Below are positions 38,265 through 40,315 of a DNA stretch of 40,315 nucleotides, piece after piece. The notes beneath the pieces are model-generated. The model worked only from the letters and a program-made list of their open reading frames with translations, was not told the DNA's origin and did not search any database. Source of the DNA: Catajapyx aquilonaris (lineage: Eukaryota); assembly GCA_000934665.2 (NCBI GenBank), contig JYFJ02003571.1, forward strand, positions 1-40,315. Direction: 5' to 3'. Positions within the stretch are counted from its first letter, which is position 1. Every line of letters begins with the position of its first letter. Both the position numbers and the translations under genes were made by a program.

Positions 38265-40315
38265 AACCCATGTCCCCTTTCTATGATTATACGCAGTGAT
38301 TCCGACAGTGCTCTATGTAAAATGAACTCTTGTGCTGGCTGTGCAGAAGAGGATCCCTTCATGCAGAGGTGTCTTCTGGTGACTTGTGTTCGTGATTAGC
38401 CCTTTGCACTCAGTATCTGTGGTTTTACACAAATGCAATGTACAAATGTGCAAATAGAACGGAATTCTACTTGCATAGTGATATACAGTATACTGTATAT
38501 GACATGATCGTCATTTTTACGGTATAGTGTTGGCACTGATTTCGAGTTCATAACGTCTATACGTTGGCCGTGGCGTGTAAAAGGTAGGCGCTCAGCAACT
38601 TCATGGGCGTTGTAGGTGTTTTATAATGATTCAGGCACTTCTACAGTAGGATGAACACCTGAGTACCAGACAATGTAAGGCCTACCGTATTATTTTCTGG
38701 TGTGATCGGAGCGTTTCAGCATACTGTATGTATAGGCTGGTACATGTGGCATGTTAAAATTATGGAGACGGTAAACCATGTAGAGTTGTGTAATTTAATT
38801 TTTATGCCACGTGTATTTACGTGCGTACGGATGTTATACATAGGTACTTTATATGACTCACTTTATTGTGTTTGGTTGTCAGAAAATTGACGCAGACGGT
38901 GAAGGCTCGTTGATTCAACGAGTGAGGTCATATTCCAATGTCTCAGCAAGAGTATGACATTTGGTTTCATAAATATTTTTTATATATTATTATCATCATT
39001 ATCATATTATTAAAATCACACGAATGTTCGTGAAAAGTGAAAAGTTAGTGAAACTATCACGACACTTACAAATTATCATTTCCATTATGTTTGCAGTTGT
39101 AGGCCTATTGAGAAATTACAAAACGTTGATGATAATAGTAATAAATGGTAACAGTAATTCTAAGCAGAAGTCGACAGTAGTTCATCCATTTTATTCGAAT
39201 AATACTTTTATTGGTGTATATAAGGCAGTACAATCACATAATTTGACAGTGTGGAATGAGTATTATTAGCGTTACAAATTCTACAAAAGCGTTCATTTCC
39301 GGCCTCTGAAAAGTATATGAAACTTTCCACTCCTTCGTCTCTGCTGATCATGTTTGAAAACTGCCTTAATCCTGCTACAATGAGTACATGGCCGAGCGAT
39401 GACATGTTGTCTTACAGTGATGAGACTGTGCTGTAGCTTACATTGCAGCTGATCTGAAACATACACAATAGCTTTTTCCACTCCTGAAATATGTGCTGAA
39501 ATCCAAGTCAAAAAAATAGCCTCAGGCAATGGTCAGCACTCCCGCAAGATGAACCACTTTTGTGATTACATCATGGGTGTGTCCCAGCACAAATAAAGTG
39601 CATTACAGTATACGTTGGACAAACCCTTTTTTGCCAATTAGTACAAGGCATATACCCATCCTAAACCTGCACAAGTCCAAACGAAGAAAACCTGCCAACT
39701 TTCCACCTGCTATGTCCTTTTGATTACTTAAGTAAGCTTACCTCTCTGAATGGCAAGCAATCAGGTAACTTATCTGGATGACACCTTCCTGTCAAAGGAT
39801 TAGCGAGGAATGTTTGAGATCCCCTCCCCCCTTCACCCCTCCTATCTCCCACCCCTTACTTTCTTACCAAGATCAATCAAGCAAATGGAGTTAAGACGAC
39901 AAATGAACTTGAAACGTCAGGTGTCGACACCTTGACTAGAACCGTCCCTTAAAAAACAGTGCCTACTAGGTCCGTAATTAGAAGAGTAGAGTGAGGGTGG
40001 TTAGTTATGCAGTCTGAGGCGGTCCTTTGGGTGTTGGCGAAGAGAAGGAAGGACAGGGAAGCTTTGCCTTTGGGCGAGGTGGGAGATTGGGGGGCGCAAG
40101 TTGCACGGGAGTGATTGAGTTCTGGACGCGGGCTTAATCTGCTTGCTGGCCTGCAGATAAACGTCCCTGGTCGCGCTTTACCTCCTCCTCCTGGCTGCTG
40201 GTGCTGGGCAAAGGCTGCTGCAGGAGGGCGGAGAGAAAAGGGGAGGAAAGAGGCTGCACTGTTTCAGATTACTTGAAGGGTATTAGAGATTAAGTTTGAA
40301 GCTGCGAAGGGGGGG

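Overview
This is non-coding eukaryotic DNA, most likely from an invertebrate animal (inferred from the AT-rich background, CpG-retaining GC-rich blocks, microsatellites and DNA-transposon debris). I recognise no intact protein-coding gene, rRNA, tRNA, CRISPR array or known miRNA. All listed ORFs are short (165 aa or less) and look spurious. The window alternates AT-rich spacers holding decayed transposon remnants with roughly 0.3-1.4 kb GC-rich, purine/pyrimidine-skewed islands, which suggests a large intron or gene-desert regulatory landscape. The best-supported structures are: (1) a young 288-bp foldback MITE made of repeated mini-palindromes (37907-38194), inserted with a TA duplication into the arm of an older ~800-bp MITE (37467-38264); (2) a mariner transposase relic (~28995-29280); (3) a marked excess of TAGGCCTA, possibly transposon excision footprints; (4) a tight cluster of YY1/Pho-type motifs at 29491-29600. 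I found no convincing evidence of a new protein-based biological system.
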